DNA of 64,000 bases from Planctomycetota bacterium (GTDB taxonomy: Bacteria > Planctomycetota > UBA8742 > UBA2392), in the NCBI GenBank assembly GCA_016712285.1, contig JADJRK010000001.1, positions 2,113,098 through 2,177,097 of the forward strand, written 5' to 3'. The first letter of the stretch is position 1. Each line of letters begins with the position of its first letter. Below, one piece after another: positions 55,522-64,000 of the stretch. The notes under the pieces were generated by a model that was not told where the DNA came from, ran no database searches, and worked only from the letters and a program-made list of their open reading frames with translations. The position numbers were made by a program, and so were the translations under genes.

Positions 55522-55686
55522 ATGCACGTCGCAACCGAAAAACTGGCCACGAACTCGCCGAACTACGCGCGGCTGCTGAAAAGCGCCCACGAGCGTGCCG
55601 AGCGCCGCAACCGTCTTGCCCACCTGCTGACATCAGTGCGCAAACGCGTCGAGTTTGAGCACGCCCTGCGCGCGGTTGGCGCCTAA
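55522..55686 (+). CDS. candidate small protein (54 aa), hypothetical
   Basis: RBS AGGAGTAGTTGAGGAAGCC then ATG; MHVATEKLATNSPNYARLLKSAHERAERRNRLAHLLTSVRKRVEFEHALRAVGA; below the ORF-track length cutoff. Confidence 0.3.
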   Translation: MHVATEKLATNSPNYARLLKSAHERAERRNRLAHLLTSVRKRVEFEHALRAVGA

Positions 55687-55764
55687 CCGATCAAAAGTGT
55701 TGGACGACGTCCAAGCGTCAATCGAGAGATCGCCGACGTCGCAGGCACAGTGCACGAGGAAGGC

Positions 55765-57720
55765 TTACCGCCCGCGCAGCTTGGGGTTGAACGCCTCGCG
55801 CAGGCCTTCGCCCAGCAGGTTGAACGACAACACCGTAATCAGGATGGCAATACCCGGGATCCACGTAAGCCACGGCGCGTCGTTCAGAAACAGGCGGCCG
55901 TCGGCCAGAATCTTGCCCCAGGTGTCCTGGTTTTCGCCGGCGCCGATGCCAAGGAAGCTGAGCGTGCTTTCGGCCAGCACCGCGCCGGCCACGCCGATCG
56001 TCGCGCTGACCAGCACAGGGCTGATCGCGTTGGGTACAAGATGGCGCCAGATGATGCGGAAGTCGCTCACGCCCAGGCTGCGCGCGGCCTGCACAAAGTC
56101 CTGCTCGCGCAGTGACAGAATCTCGGCACGCACAAAACGCGTGGTGCCCATCCAGCTGGTCAAGCCGATCACGGCCATCACGATGTAAACGTCGCGCTCA
56201 AACAGCGCCAGCACCATCAAGATCAGGAACAGCACCGGGATGGTCAGCATGATCTCGGTGAAGCGCATGACCAGGTCGTCCACCGTGATCGTCGGGATGA
56301 ACAGCTTGCTGACAATGTTGCGCGACTCGCCAGCGGCAGCCTGAGCCTGCGCCGCGACCAGCAGCGCCGTAACCAGCAGCAGGATGTACAGGACGACCGT
56401 GGTAATGAAATGGCGCAGCACGCGGTAAGCGCCGTAGCGAGTGCTGCCATCCAGGTTCTTGCCCTTGACCAGCGTCTCAAAGCGGTTGTCGCGCTCAGCG
56501 CGGAACTTGTCCACCACGGTCTTGCGCAACTCGGCACGCCGCTCAAGCAACGCGTTTGAACCCAGCGGCTCAAGATTCTCCGTGGTCTTTTCGCTGGTCG
56601 CTGTAACGGCGGTCTCCTTGACCGTTATGTCCTTGGTCAACTCGTCGGTCTTGGCCTTGAGCGCTTCCAGGCGCTTTCGATCACCCTCAAGAATGTTCTT
56701 TTCCATGGCCGCATCGTCAGCCAGGTCCAGCGACTCAAGGTGCGCGATGCGCTCTTCACGTTCGCCAAACCCGCGCTCGACGATCTCAAGCTGCGTTTCA
56801 TGCACCAGCAGCGCGTGCTGCGAAAGCAGCAGGTTCAACGCCGCCTGCTTGTTCTCAATCTCGAGCTGCGCGGCCAGTCGCCACTCATTGTCCTTGGCGC
56901 GCGGGTCCGTGTCCTCAATCAGCTTGACCTCGGCACCCAGGTCACGGATCTGGCGCACCAGCATGTAGCTTTCGTCGGCGACCTGGCTGGCGCTTATGTA
57001 CGCCCGCCCCTCAGGTGTGCTTGACTCGACCGACGAGTTGTAAGCAAAAATGCTCAGCGAGAGCATCAGCACCACGCCGAACGCAATGACACTACTGAAC
57101 CGTTTGCCCAGCAGGGCCATGACGGCCTGCACCACGAAGAAACCGGCTGCGATGGCCAGCACGGGGATGGCTGCAAATTCAAACTCGGCTGCCCATAACA
57201 CGCCGCCGCCGCCGCCCAGCAGCAGCATGGCCAACAATGGCAGCCGCACACGCGAGCGCCCGAAGTAGCCCGCGATCCCGCCCAGCGTGATACCCAGCAG
57301 CACGGAAATGCCGACTGCCAGAAAACCAATCGTCAGGCTGATTGTGCTGCCCGCCCACAGGCGCGCCAGCACGTCACGACCCAGGTCGTCGGTGCCCAGA
57401 AAGTAGACTTTGCCTTCAATGTGCCGGCTTTCGGACAGCGGCGGCAGGAACGTGTCTTTCAACTCGGTCTTGGTGTGGTCGAGTACCGCGCCGCGCTTGA
57501 CCTCAATGGCCAGCGTGTCGCCGGTGATCGCGGCCTTGTCCATCAACTTGATCTGGTCTTCGGTCGGGCGCTTGCCGACAAGCAACTGGCCTGAAATCGC
57601 CGCGCTGGCCAGCAACACGATCATGAACAGCGACAGCACCGCCGGCTTGTTGTGAAACAGCAGGCGCAGCGAGTCCTTCAGCGGCGACGAAGGCTTGCGA
57701 TCAGATGTCCCGTTGCTCAT
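55765..57720 (-). CDS. peptide ABC transporter permease (DppC/OppC-like) with ~330-aa coiled-coil insertion
   Basis: C-terminal BPD permease core (EAA-like loop LSLREQDFVQAARSLGVS); long charged coiled-coil segment between TM helices. Confidence 0.75.
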   Translation of the reverse strand: MSNGTSDRKPSSPLKDSLRLLFHNKPAVLSLFMIVLLASAAISGQLLVGKRPTEDQIKLMDKAAITGDTLAIEVKRGAVLDHTKTELKDTFLPPLSESRHIEGKVYFLGTDDLGRDVLARLWAGSTISLTIGFLAVGISVLLGITLGGIAGYFGRSRVRLPLLAMLLLGGGGGVLWAAEFEFAAIPVLAIAAGFFVVQAVMALLGKRFSSVIAFGVVLMLSLSIFAYNSSVESSTPEGRAYISASQVADESYMLVRQIRDLGAEVKLIEDTDPRAKDNEWRLAAQLEIENKQAALNLLLSQHALLVHETQLEIVERGFGEREERIAHLESLDLADDAAMEKNILEGDRKRLEALKAKTDELTKDITVKETAVTATSEKTTENLEPLGSNALLERRAELRKTVVDKFRAERDNRFETLVKGKNLDGSTRYGAYRVLRHFITTVVLYILLLVTALLVAAQAQAAAGESRNIVSKLFIPTITVDDLVMRFTEIMLTIPVLFLILMVLALFERDVYIVMAVIGLTSWMGTTRFVRAEILSLREQDFVQAARSLGVSDFRIIWRHLVPNAISPVLVSATIGVAGAVLAESTLSFLGIGAGENQDTWGKILADGRLFLNDAPWLTWIPGIAILITVLSFNLLGEGLREAFNPKLRGR

Positions 57721-57729
57721 CTCAACGCC

Positions 57730-58725
57730 CTAAGCCAGCTTTACGCGCGGGTCAGCCACGCTGTAAAGAATGTCCGAGATCAGGATACCCACCAGCGTCA
57801 GCGCGGAGCCCACGAACAGGCTGGTGATCACGATAAACAGGTCTTTGGCCAGCACCGCTTCAAACACCCAGCGCCCAAGGCCCGGCCACGCATAGATTGC
57901 CTCAAACACCACCGAGCCGCCAAAAAGACTGGGCAGCAACCCGGCCAGCATCGTGATGAACGGCAAGCTGGCGTTGCGCAGCGCGTGCCGGTAGTACACG
58001 GTGTCGCCGTCCAGGCCCTTGGCCTTTGCGGTGCGTATGTAGTCCTGCCCCATCACCTCAAGCATCTGGCCCTTCACATAGCGCGAAAGTACCGCCACGC
58101 CGCCAAGCGCAGCGATGAACGCGGGCACCGCCATGTGCCAGGTACGGTCCATGAACTCGCGGGGCCCGCCAAGCTCGACACCCAGTGTGGTCGGCGAAAC
58201 GACCGGGATGCCCAGTGTGCCGTTCACGAACTTGATGACCAGGATCGCGAGCCAGAACCCGGGAAACGAGATCAGGAAGTACGAACCGATCGTCGCAATC
58301 CGGTCGACTGGCTTGCCGCGACGCAAGGCCGTGCCGATGCCGACGGGAAAGCTGAGCGTCCAGGTAATGATCGTGGTCAGGATGACCAGCGGCAGCGTGA
58401 TCAGCATCTTCTGCCACATGGTCGGCAGCACCGGTTCTTTGGTGCGCGCGCTTTTCAGGCGCCACTCGTGGCTTGAGTCGCCGGTGACGACGGCCGCCAG
58501 GTCGCTGAAGAACTGGTCGTAAAACTTGATGTACTTCTGCACGACCGGGTCGTCATAGCCCATCTGGTCGCGCTGGCGTTCAATGTCGCTGGGCTTGGCC
58601 TTTGGGTCGAGCTGTGCGGCATAGGGGTCGCCGGGTGCCAGGGCGACAATCAGGAAGCTCAACACGCTGATGATCACCAGCGTGAGGCCCATCTGGATAA
58701 GGCGGCGAACGATGTAGGAAAGCAT
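57730..58725 (-). CDS. peptide ABC transporter permease (DppB/OppB-like)
   Basis: MLSYIVRRLIQMGLTLVIISVLSFLIVALAPGDP typical DppB N-terminus; 6 TM. Confidence 0.85.
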   Translation of the reverse strand: MLSYIVRRLIQMGLTLVIISVLSFLIVALAPGDPYAAQLDPKAKPSDIERQRDQMGYDDPVVQKYIKFYDQFFSDLAAVVTGDSSHEWRLKSARTKEPVLPTMWQKMLITLPLVILTTIITWTLSFPVGIGTALRRGKPVDRIATIGSYFLISFPGFWLAILVIKFVNGTLGIPVVSPTTLGVELGGPREFMDRTWHMAVPAFIAALGGVAVLSRYVKGQMLEVMGQDYIRTAKAKGLDGDTVYYRHALRNASLPFITMLAGLLPSLFGGSVVFEAIYAWPGLGRWVFEAVLAKDLFIVITSLFVGSALTLVGILISDILYSVADPRVKLA

Positions 58726-58736
58726 CCGGCTCCGCT

Positions 58737-61253
58737 CTAGTCCTTGTACTGCGCGTCTGAGAACACAGGTATCTCTTCCCGGCGCACCAGTTCAGGCTCG
58801 AAGTACCGCCAGGTGGCGCGTGAGTTCTTGATGTACTCGTGGTCCAGGGGGCGGTCTTCGTAAATTGGTTTGCCGTCCTTGTCCACACCTGTTTGCTTTC
58901 TCCAGACCAGGTGGCGGTCAACAATCGTCGTCGTCAGCGGCGAATACAGAAAAATGTACGGGAAGTCCGACGCAATCTTGCTGAAGATTTCGTGGCTCAG
59001 CCGCACCTGCTCGTCGGGGTCGTACACCTTCAAAATCTTGTTCATCAGCGCGTCGGCTTCCGGGTTGCTGTATCCCACGAAGTTCAACCCGTTGGGCGGC
59101 GTGCTTGGCGTCTCCCAGAGCTGGCGGCTGTCAAAGTCCAGGCCGCCGCTCCAGCCCAGCACACACACATCAAAGTTCATCGCCATCACGAAGCGCTGGA
59201 TGAAGTCATTCCACTCGTACTGCTTGTAGTCCACCTCGACGCCGAGCTGTTCCCAGCGTTCCTTGGCCAGCACCGCCGACTTCTGGCGCGGACCGGGTGA
59301 AGTCGAGTTGATAAATTGCAGCCGAAGCGCCTTGCCATCCTTGAACAGCTTGCCGCCCTGCTCACGGAACCCGGCCTCCAGCAACAGCGCCTTGGCCTCT
59401 TCCATGTCAAACGGAACGTACTGCAATTTTTCGGTGGTGCCCTTCTTGGGGCCGGACCGCCAGGTGTGCTCAAACCGGTGCTCGTTGTTGTACCACGGCA
59501 GCACCGGGTAGGCCGGGCCGTTGATGCGCGTGCCCTGGTCAAAGCACACATACTTGATGATCTCTTCCACGTTGATGGCCATCGACAGCGCAAGCCGCAC
59601 GCGTTTGTCTTTCAAAAGTTCGCGCGTGTTGTTGAAGCCGAAATACTCGTAGGTGGTGGGCTGGCGCTTGATCACGTAGTAGCGGTCGGTCATCTCTTCA
59701 TAGCGCTGCACCTGGTAGTCTTTGGCGCTGTACAGGTCCATGCCGCCGCCCATGAACACGACCTCAGACGTTTCGCTGCCGAGCGCCGGGTCGAACACGA
59801 ACCAGTCCACAAACTCGTACTCGGCCTGGCGGTTCCAGTAAAACTCGTTGCGGCGCAGGCGCACGCGCAGATTGTTCTGCCAGTACGGCTTGCTGGCCTT
59901 GTTCATCGGGTCAAGAATCATCGACCCAAGGTACGACGGCGACAATGCGAATTCGCGATCACGGGAGCGCAGCGCGCGCATCGGGTTGTACTTGGCGCGG
60001 TCGATGCCCAGGTCGTCTGGGCCCACGTTCTTTCGCACCGCTTCTTCTGTCCACGCCACAAGGTTCCAGCGGTGGAACGGCAGCAGGTTCCCCGTCAGGT
60101 CCGACAATGCCGGCGAATACAGCTCGTCGTAGACCACCTGCAGCCGGTGCGGGTCCTGCGGGAACGTTCGGATCTCGACGATGCTGGTGTAGCTGCTGCG
60201 CCGCGGGCTGCCGAAGTCGGCGTTCTTGATGTGGTCGTACGTCAGCTTGACGTCCCGCGAACCGAACTCAGGCCCGCGCCCCCACCATGGCCCGTCTTTC
60301 TCGTCGCCAAAGCGATACTCATAGTTCTCGGCTTCGACCTTGGCGTCCTTGGCAGGCTTGAGGCGCTCACGAATCACGCTGATCGCCTCATCGCGGCTGT
60401 CGGCCACGATGATCCCCGCCTCGGTGCCATCGACCTTAGTGATCCACACATTCGCCGGGTCATCGAAGAACGGGCCATCGGTCCAGTACACGCCTTTGTG
60501 CAACGCGCAATCGACCACCGGGTTGTGCTGGATGTGCGCGATGCCCGCCTGGCTGAGCAGGTCGCCGAACTCGCGCTTGAAGTCGTCAAACTCCTGGTCC
60601 TTCTTCTTGTCTGCCGGCATCGCGTCCCACGCAGTCTGCGCAGCCGCAGTCAACTCGGGAAACAGCTCGCTGCCGATGCGCTTTTCCAGTTGCGGTTCAA
60701 ACTCGGGCTGCACGGCACTGACAATCTTGCCCTTCACGGGCGGGGCCGAAAAGCTGACTTTGAGCGTGGGTACCTTGGGGCGACTCTCGATGAACGCCAA
60801 CACGTCCTTGAGCAACCCCGCGGCCTCGATCTGCTTCTTGAGCTCATCACTGACCTTGGGTTCCAGCTCAGGCCCCTTGGCCACAGTGTCAACGCGGGCG
60901 CCGTACTCAGCGCGGATCGCTTGTTCGTAAGCCTCTGGCGTCATGTGGCGCGGCACCACCGTGGTCAGCTCGTGGCGGACAACGACGGTATCGGCAAGCC
61001 ACGGTTCAACCTCATACATGCGGTTGTAGCGCAGCACGCCTTCGAAAAAGTAGTCACTGATCGTGGTGTCCGTGGTCTTGGTGCTGGTCCACGGATTCAT
61101 GTCCTCGGGGTTGCCGCCCATGTACAGGATGATGCGGTTCTGGCGGCTGTCGTTGTCGGCAATGCTGGCCGAGCCCGGCACCCAGAACACGCTTTGGGCA
61201 AGAAACACGAACAGCAGGATGGGCACGACAACCAGCGAGCGTTTGATCCACAT
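58737..61253 (-). CDS. ABC transporter substrate-binding protein, family 5 (peptide/nickel), unusually large
   Basis: 838 aa; signal MWIKRSLVVVPILLFVFLAQSVF; SBP_bac_5-like blocks. Confidence 0.75.
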   Translation of the reverse strand: MWIKRSLVVVPILLFVFLAQSVFWVPGSASIADNDSRQNRIILYMGGNPEDMNPWTSTKTTDTTISDYFFEGVLRYNRMYEVEPWLADTVVVRHELTTVVPRHMTPEAYEQAIRAEYGARVDTVAKGPELEPKVSDELKKQIEAAGLLKDVLAFIESRPKVPTLKVSFSAPPVKGKIVSAVQPEFEPQLEKRIGSELFPELTAAAQTAWDAMPADKKKDQEFDDFKREFGDLLSQAGIAHIQHNPVVDCALHKGVYWTDGPFFDDPANVWITKVDGTEAGIIVADSRDEAISVIRERLKPAKDAKVEAENYEYRFGDEKDGPWWGRGPEFGSRDVKLTYDHIKNADFGSPRRSSYTSIVEIRTFPQDPHRLQVVYDELYSPALSDLTGNLLPFHRWNLVAWTEEAVRKNVGPDDLGIDRAKYNPMRALRSRDREFALSPSYLGSMILDPMNKASKPYWQNNLRVRLRRNEFYWNRQAEYEFVDWFVFDPALGSETSEVVFMGGGMDLYSAKDYQVQRYEEMTDRYYVIKRQPTTYEYFGFNNTRELLKDKRVRLALSMAINVEEIIKYVCFDQGTRINGPAYPVLPWYNNEHRFEHTWRSGPKKGTTEKLQYVPFDMEEAKALLLEAGFREQGGKLFKDGKALRLQFINSTSPGPRQKSAVLAKERWEQLGVEVDYKQYEWNDFIQRFVMAMNFDVCVLGWSGGLDFDSRQLWETPSTPPNGLNFVGYSNPEADALMNKILKVYDPDEQVRLSHEIFSKIASDFPYIFLYSPLTTTIVDRHLVWRKQTGVDKDGKPIYEDRPLDHEYIKNSRATWRYFEPELVRREEIPVFSDAQYKD

Positions 61254-61377
61254 GGCGCTACCTCAGTTTCAAGCCGTTGTCTGAACTGCCACTGGCGGGT
61301 TGGCTGGGGGTTTGTTTGCTTACGCCCCGGCTTCAACCTGGCCGCTATTTTTCCGGCGGCTTACCTTACAGGCACCC

Positions 61378-61749
61378 ATGGCTGACCCAAGACGTATTCA
61401 ACGAATTCAGAGCCGCATAAGGCAAGACATTGCCGAGCTGTTCCTGCGTGAACTTAAGGACCCGCGCGTCAAAGGCCTGATTTCCGTTACCCGCGTTGAA
61501 GTCAGCAAAGACCTTACCAACGCCCGCGTGTTCTGGTCTATCCTTGGCAGCAAATCCGAGCGCCGCACCGCCCAGCGCTTCATTGAGGGCGCATCGGGCT
61601 ACATCCAGAAAAAGGTCGCCGAGGGCCTGCAAATCCACACCGCCCCGCATCTTGATTTCCGGTATGATGATTCGATTGAAAAGGGTGCCGACGTCTCTAA
61701 GCTCATTGACGAAGCCCTGCAAGCCGATCAACGAGACGGCGACGAGTAA
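61378..61749 (+). CDS. rbfA: ribosome-binding factor A
   Basis: RIQRIQSRIRQDIAELFLRELKDPRV...VTRVEVSKDLTNARVF is RbfA. Confidence 0.85.
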   Translation: MADPRRIQRIQSRIRQDIAELFLRELKDPRVKGLISVTRVEVSKDLTNARVFWSILGSKSERRTAQRFIEGASGYIQKKVAEGLQIHTAPHLDFRYDDSIEKGADVSKLIDEALQADQRDGDE

Positions 61750-61760
61750 CAGGACTAACC

Positions 61761-62246
61761 ATGGCGCGGTCAAGCATTCGATCAGCCCCCTCAGGCGGCG
61801 CAGGCGCGCTGCTGGAGAAGCTTGAACGCTACCTTCAACGCAAGTCACAAAAGCTGACGTCCCAGCGCCGCTCGCTGGTGCAGAAAATCGTCGAGATGGC
61901 CAAGACGCACTTCACCGCCGACGACCTGGTCGCCGAGTTCTTCGACGCCCGGCCCCGCGTCAGCAAAGCCACCATCTACCGCTCGCTCAGCGTCATGGTC
62001 GAGGCGGGCATCCTTGAGGAACACCAGTTCGGCAACAGCTACAAGGTCTACGAGTTGTCCGAGGGCCGGCCCCACCACGACCACTTGATCTGCACCCACT
62101 GCGGCAAAATCCTCGAGTTCTTCAACGCCGAAATGGAAGAGCTTCAGGAAAAGGTCGCCAAGAAGCACGGCTTTCACGCCACCCACCACAGCCAGAAAAT
62201 CTTCGGCGTCTGCCAGCAGTGCTGGGCCCTGGGCGTGCGCGCTTAG
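61761..62246 (+). CDS. fur: Fur-family transcriptional regulator
   Basis: LTSQRRSLVQKIVE...KATIYRSLSVMVEAGIL; HHDHLICTHCGKI; C..C metal sites. Confidence 0.8.
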   Translation: MARSSIRSAPSGGAGALLEKLERYLQRKSQKLTSQRRSLVQKIVEMAKTHFTADDLVAEFFDARPRVSKATIYRSLSVMVEAGILEEHQFGNSYKVYELSEGRPHHDHLICTHCGKILEFFNAEMEELQEKVAKKHGFHATHHSQKIFGVCQQCWALGVRA

Positions 62247-62370
62247 CCCGAATTGCATCGTCCGCAATGTCCAATGCGTGCTGGGAAGAACCACCGTGAA
62301 ACTGCACTTAATGCTGGGGGGAAGACTCACCGACAGGATCCCAAACCCGCCGAGAACCTGTTTTGGAACC

Positions 62371-62442
62371 ACGGGTGAACACGGGTAAACACACGTGTGT
62401 AGAGTCGCGTCAACGGTGTGCACCCGTGTTCACGCGTGGTTT
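62371..62442. promoter_or_regulatory. 18-bp inverted repeat pair flanking an ACACACGTGTGT palindrome, upstream of the Rieske/cyt b genes
   Basis: CCACGGGTGAACACGGGT ... ACACACGTGTGT ... ACCCGTGTTCACGCGTGG (one mismatch). Confidence 0.4.
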
Positions 62443-62586
62443 CATTGCCATTGCCGTTTGTTTCACCAGCGTTGCTTTTCATGGGTCATTGGAGTTTGGT
62501 CATTTGCTGTTCGCGTGACTCGCGTTGCTCAATGACCGTTCCAACCGCATTGACCGCCACGGTCCAATCTTCGATTATCGTCCGCT

Positions 62587-63141
62587 ATGGGCGATCCTGC
62601 AGATGCGAACGACCGGCGCGAATTTCTGCGCGTGTGTGTGATCGGCGGGGCTGCGCTGCTTGGCGCGGGCGCCGGCGCCTGGGCCGTGGTCAATCCCGCC
62701 AACGCCGCCGCCTCAGAGGGCACAGCTGAAACCTTGCCGCTGGTGCCGATGCTGCGCCTGTCCGCACTTGAGAAGAACAAGCCGCTGGCCCTTGAGGTCA
62801 CGGTGGCCCGCCGCCAGGGCTGGCGCATGCAGACGCGCCGCCAGCACGTCTTCATCGTGCGCACCGGCGACGGCGCCACCGACAAAGACTTCCTCGCCCT
62901 CAGCCCCGTCTGCCCGCACAAGGGTTGCAGCGTGCAGGCCAACGAAAAGGACCAGCGCTTCGTGTGCCCGTGCCACGACGCGCAGTTCGGCTTTGACGGC
63001 GACCTGAAAGAAGGCCCCGCCCAGCGCGGCCTTGACCCGCTGACGCTAACCGTGCGCGAACACGAGGGCGCCAACTGGCTGTTTGTTACATGGCAGGACT
63101 TCGAGCTCGACACCAGTGAACGCACACCGAGGCAGGCATGA
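62587..63141 (+). CDS. Rieske [2Fe-2S] protein with Tat signal
   Basis: Twin-Arg RREFLRVCVIGGAAL; Rieske boxes CPHKGC and CPCHDAQF. Confidence 0.85.
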   Translation: MGDPADANDRREFLRVCVIGGAALLGAGAGAWAVVNPANAAASEGTAETLPLVPMLRLSALEKNKPLALEVTVARRQGWRMQTRRQHVFIVRTGDGATDKDFLALSPVCPHKGCSVQANEKDQRFVCPCHDAQFGFDGDLKEGPAQRGLDPLTLTVREHEGANWLFVTWQDFELDTSERTPRQA

Positions 63142-64000
63142 GCAGCCCGGACAGCACAGCCTCGGCTTCCTCGTCGCAGATCGAAAGCGAACTGCTGGCC
63201 GAAGTGCAGAAAGAAATGGTGCGCCGCGGCACCACGCTGATTCCGAAAACGCCCGACCGCGCCGACGACCTGCCCGCCGCCCTGTGCGCCACCGCCATCC
63301 TGGCGACGCTGGCGATCCTGGCCGGCACCGGCGTGATGATGGCGCTCGTCTACGCACCCACCGCCGACGACGCCTACGCCAGCGTGGCCTGGATGCAGAT
63401 GAGCAGCCTCGGCGGCCTGGCCCGCGCCATGCACTGGCACGCCAGCAACCTGCTGATCCTGCTTTCGGCCGCCTATCTGGCCTACCTGCTGTGGCGCGGC
63501 ATGTTCCGCAAGCCCGAACACGGCCGCTGGTGGCGCGCCGGCATGATGCTCGCGCTGGCCGCCGCCGCCGGCTTTACGGGCCAGCTTCTTCCTTATGACC
63601 AGAACGCGCTGCACGGCACGGCGATTCGCATCAGCTACATTCAATCACTGCCCGGCGGCGACGTGCTGGCCGGCTGGATGACCGGCACGCCCGAAATCGG
63701 CACGGCGACCGTAACGCGCTTCTTTGGCCTGCACGTGCTGGTAATCCCGGCGTTGCTGATCCTGGTGCTGCGGCGCTTCTGGAAAGATTCGCGCAGCGAA
63801 AAACTCTTCAGCGCGCAGCTTGCCGTGCCCGTCGTCGTGCTGCTGCTGCTTGGCGCAGCCGGCTTTCTGGTCAGGGCGCCGCTGGGCCTTGGCGGCACAC
63901 TCAGCGAACCCTACCCCGACGCGCGCCCCGAGTGGTGGGCGCTGCCGCTGTACGAGCTGCTGAAAATCCTGCCCGCGGGCGTACTGCACATGCTGACGCT
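63138..64000 (+). CDS. cytochrome b (bc-complex subunit), 5' part; continues past the window end
   Basis: ATGA overlap with the Rieske gene; several TM helices with conserved His (HWHASNL, LHGTAIR, GLHVLVIP). Confidence 0.8.
   Translation, partial: MSSPDSTASASSSQIESELLAEVQKEMVRRGTTLIPKTPDRADDLPAALCATAILATLAILAGTGVMMALVYAPTADDAYASVAWMQMSSLGGLARAMHWHASNLLILLSAAYLAYLLWRGMFRKPEHGRWWRAGMMLALAAAAGFTGQLLPYDQNALHGTAIRISYIQSLPGGDVLAGWMTGTPEIGTATVTRFFGLHVLVIPALLILVLRRFWKDSRSEKLFSAQLAVPVVVLLLLGAAGFLVRAPLGLGGTLSEPYPDARPEWWALPLYELLKILPAGVLHMLT

Noticed and set aside
1-64000. CRISPR arrays, integrases, transposases, prophage genes
   Set aside because: None seen. The only mobile-element-like signature is the tRNA array with its palindromic repeats, and it has no adjacent integrase.

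Overview
High-GC (~67%) Gram-negative bacterial chromosome segment. KdsA, MYXO-CTERM-like sorting tails, many CarboxypepD_reg/STK/HEAT proteins and frequent TTG/GTG starts suggest Myxococcota, possibly Planctomycetota. All calls were made by eye from the sequence and ORF track.

The left end (123-1411) is an unusually dense array of 13 tRNA genes, all on the minus strand, with gaps of 0-6 bp in its low-coordinate half (123-874, nine genes). Several tRNAs are non-canonical, and a ~40-bp palindromic repeat family and hairpin spacers are interspersed. A pair of 17-bp palindromic operator-like sites lies ~175 bp upstream. Immediately upstream in transcription order are the RNA-repair operon rtcB-rtcA and an EgtB/SenA-like sulfoxide synthase with a SenB-like glycosyltransferase (candidate selenoneine pair).

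The rest is mostly housekeeping: kdsA, MocR-type regulator, RNase E with an AKK-repeat tail, DUF2344 protein, RNase HIII, thiS-thiG, manA, rpmB, tmk, Ser/Thr kinase, ALDH, FprA, CCA-adding enzyme, APC permease, NuoM-like protein, thrC, HEAT-repeat protein, a peptide ABC transporter operon lacking ATPase genes, rbfA, fur, Rieske/cytochrome b. There is also an accessory-looking cluster of secreted CarboxypepD_reg-domain proteins, one of which appears frameshifted.

Other notable items: an in-frame TGA-TGA separating a signal peptide from its mature domain; inverted repeats built from tandem heptamers at the tmk start and upstream of cca; a (GGGGTTT)4 G-quadruplex-type repeat; and MYXO-CTERM-like C-terminal sorting signals.
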